DNA from: Phoronis australis
Taxonomy: Eukaryota; Animalia; Phoronida
Direction: 5' to 3'
Length of the DNA: 64,000 nucleotides
Assembly (NCBI GenBank): GCA_002633005.1
Contig: NMRA01000245.1
Coordinates: 62,001-126,000, forward strand
Every line of letters starts with the position of its first letter. The stretch's first letter is position 1. A model generated the notes under the pieces. That model searched no databases, was not told the origin of the DNA, and saw only the letters and a program-made list of their open reading frames with translations. The position numbers and the translations under genes were made by a program. Of the stretch, positions 62,574 to 64,000 are shown piece by piece.

Positions 62574-64000
62574 CTTTCTTTCCGTTCGCGCTCTAAGCGT
62601 TCACGCTCTGCCCTATCCCGTTCGGCAAGCAGCTCCCTCTCGCGCAGCAGGCTCATATCGCGCACAAGATCGTCCTGAAACTGGGCTAACATCCACGGCG
62701 GGGGTAGCGGCACTTGTGGGTACTTCTGTTGCCAGAGCAGCTCCAACTGGGCTGCAGTCACATTAGGGTGTAGACTCTGGTAAGATGCCGACAACCGCTG
62801 CTGTTCGTGGAGCAGATGCTGGTACTGCAGTTGTAGCTGCTGCTGGCGTGCCGCTGCCGCTGCCAATGGGTCGTTGGCATAGTGGTTGAGAGCGGCTAGC
62901 GTACCAGCCGCAGCCGCGTGGGGTATGAGGTGGGGCGCCAGCCCAGCACTCATTGTCACCGGGTAGGGGATAGGCGTCAGGATGCGTGTGTTGGCAGCAG
63001 TCGCGGCAGCAGCAGCGCTAGCACCACCAACGAGACCCTGGTGCTGCGACGGCTGCTGGCCGACAGACGAGATGCCATGCGGAATGGGTGTGTGTACAGA
63101 CGGATAAGAGGAAGCTTGCTGTGATGAGGTGGTGGCCAGATGGCGTGACAACATGGCCGATCCCTGCTGTTGATGCTGGAGTGACACTATTTGTTGCCGT
63201 GCCTCTGTGTCCTTTTTTATCAAGTCTGGGTCCCGCCACACTGTTACAGTTTCATTTTTGTCCGGCACGAGCGGACTGGATGAGGCACTCGTTTTGGGTG
63301 AGCTTTTTCTCACCTCACCAACCACATTGTGTCTCTGGTGTGCACGGTCACTATCCTCTGTTGGATGGTGCGCTGTATTCTCCTCACGTTTCACTGACAA
63401 AGGTGATGTCTCGCTCACCCTCGATGTATTTGTGGTCTGCGGGGTAGGGCACGACTCCACCGACCCTGCCGACTCGTTGTTGTACACTGTAGTGCTGGCT
63501 GTGCTCTGGTTCGAATCAGGGTTCTCGTACATCCTATCTACCCTAGCGCCCGACAGCTTGGCGACCTGGTCGGTGACGGAATGGTTAACATTGATACTGG
63601 CCGACAAACCGGTCGCGCCCGTAGTCTTCTTTTTCTCCTCCTGGTCGCTGCCACTGAGGAGATGTAACTTTTTATAGTGCATCTCGTCGCCACCAGGACT
63701 ACATGCACTGTCACCATGGACAAAGTCTATTGGTTCATTCTGGCCCAAACCACTAACACTATCACCCGCACTAGTGTTGTTACCACTACAGGTTTTCGAC
63801 TCCTTCCTCTTTCGTCGAGACTTTTTCTCCTTATTTGCGGGTTCTTGACACACGGATGTTGCTGGAGTTTTAGGTTTCTGTTTTTTGTTAGTGTCCAGTT
63901 TGTTACAAATGTCAGTATCAGTATCAGCAGTAGTGGCGTTAGTGGTGGAAGGCACTTGCTCTACGATGTTCACTGAGGTAGTCGTAGACTTTTTGCTTGG
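62574..64000 (-). CDS. KDM3: KDM3 large exon, running off the window
   Basis: Open frame from the window edge to AG|gtaagt at 62574; phase 2 joins the 60349-60565 exon. Confidence 0.85.

Overview
Eukaryotic (animal) genomic DNA, AT-rich, with spliced genes and many short repeats. A marine invertebrate such as a lophotrochozoan is my inference from the repeat landscape; it is not proven. Three intron-containing genes can be rebuilt by hand with GT-AG junctions and consistent exon phases. (1) The 3' part of a sterol O-acyltransferase (SOAT1/ACAT, MBOAT family) on + (10 coding exons, 906-9923; 5' exons lie left of the window). (2) An apparently complete boule (BOLL, DAZ-family RRM protein) on - (ATG at 42534-42536, stop at 14656), including a 22-nt micro-exon and an ATG-only first coding exon. 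(3) The 3' part of a KDM3/JMJD1 histone H3K9 demethylase on - (49776 to beyond 64000). Non-coding DNA holds a tRNA-derived SINE family, a CR1/L2-like LINE tail, several MITEs, a Helentron/HINE-like element with a higher-order tandem array, several minisatellites (four at or next to splice sites) and a 2.5-kb tandem duplication joined by one N, which is probably an assembly artefact. Most ORF-track entries are spurious or run across exon boundaries. I found no convincing wholly novel multi-gene system; the best leads concern splicing and repeats. Coordinates were counted by hand and may be off by a few bases.
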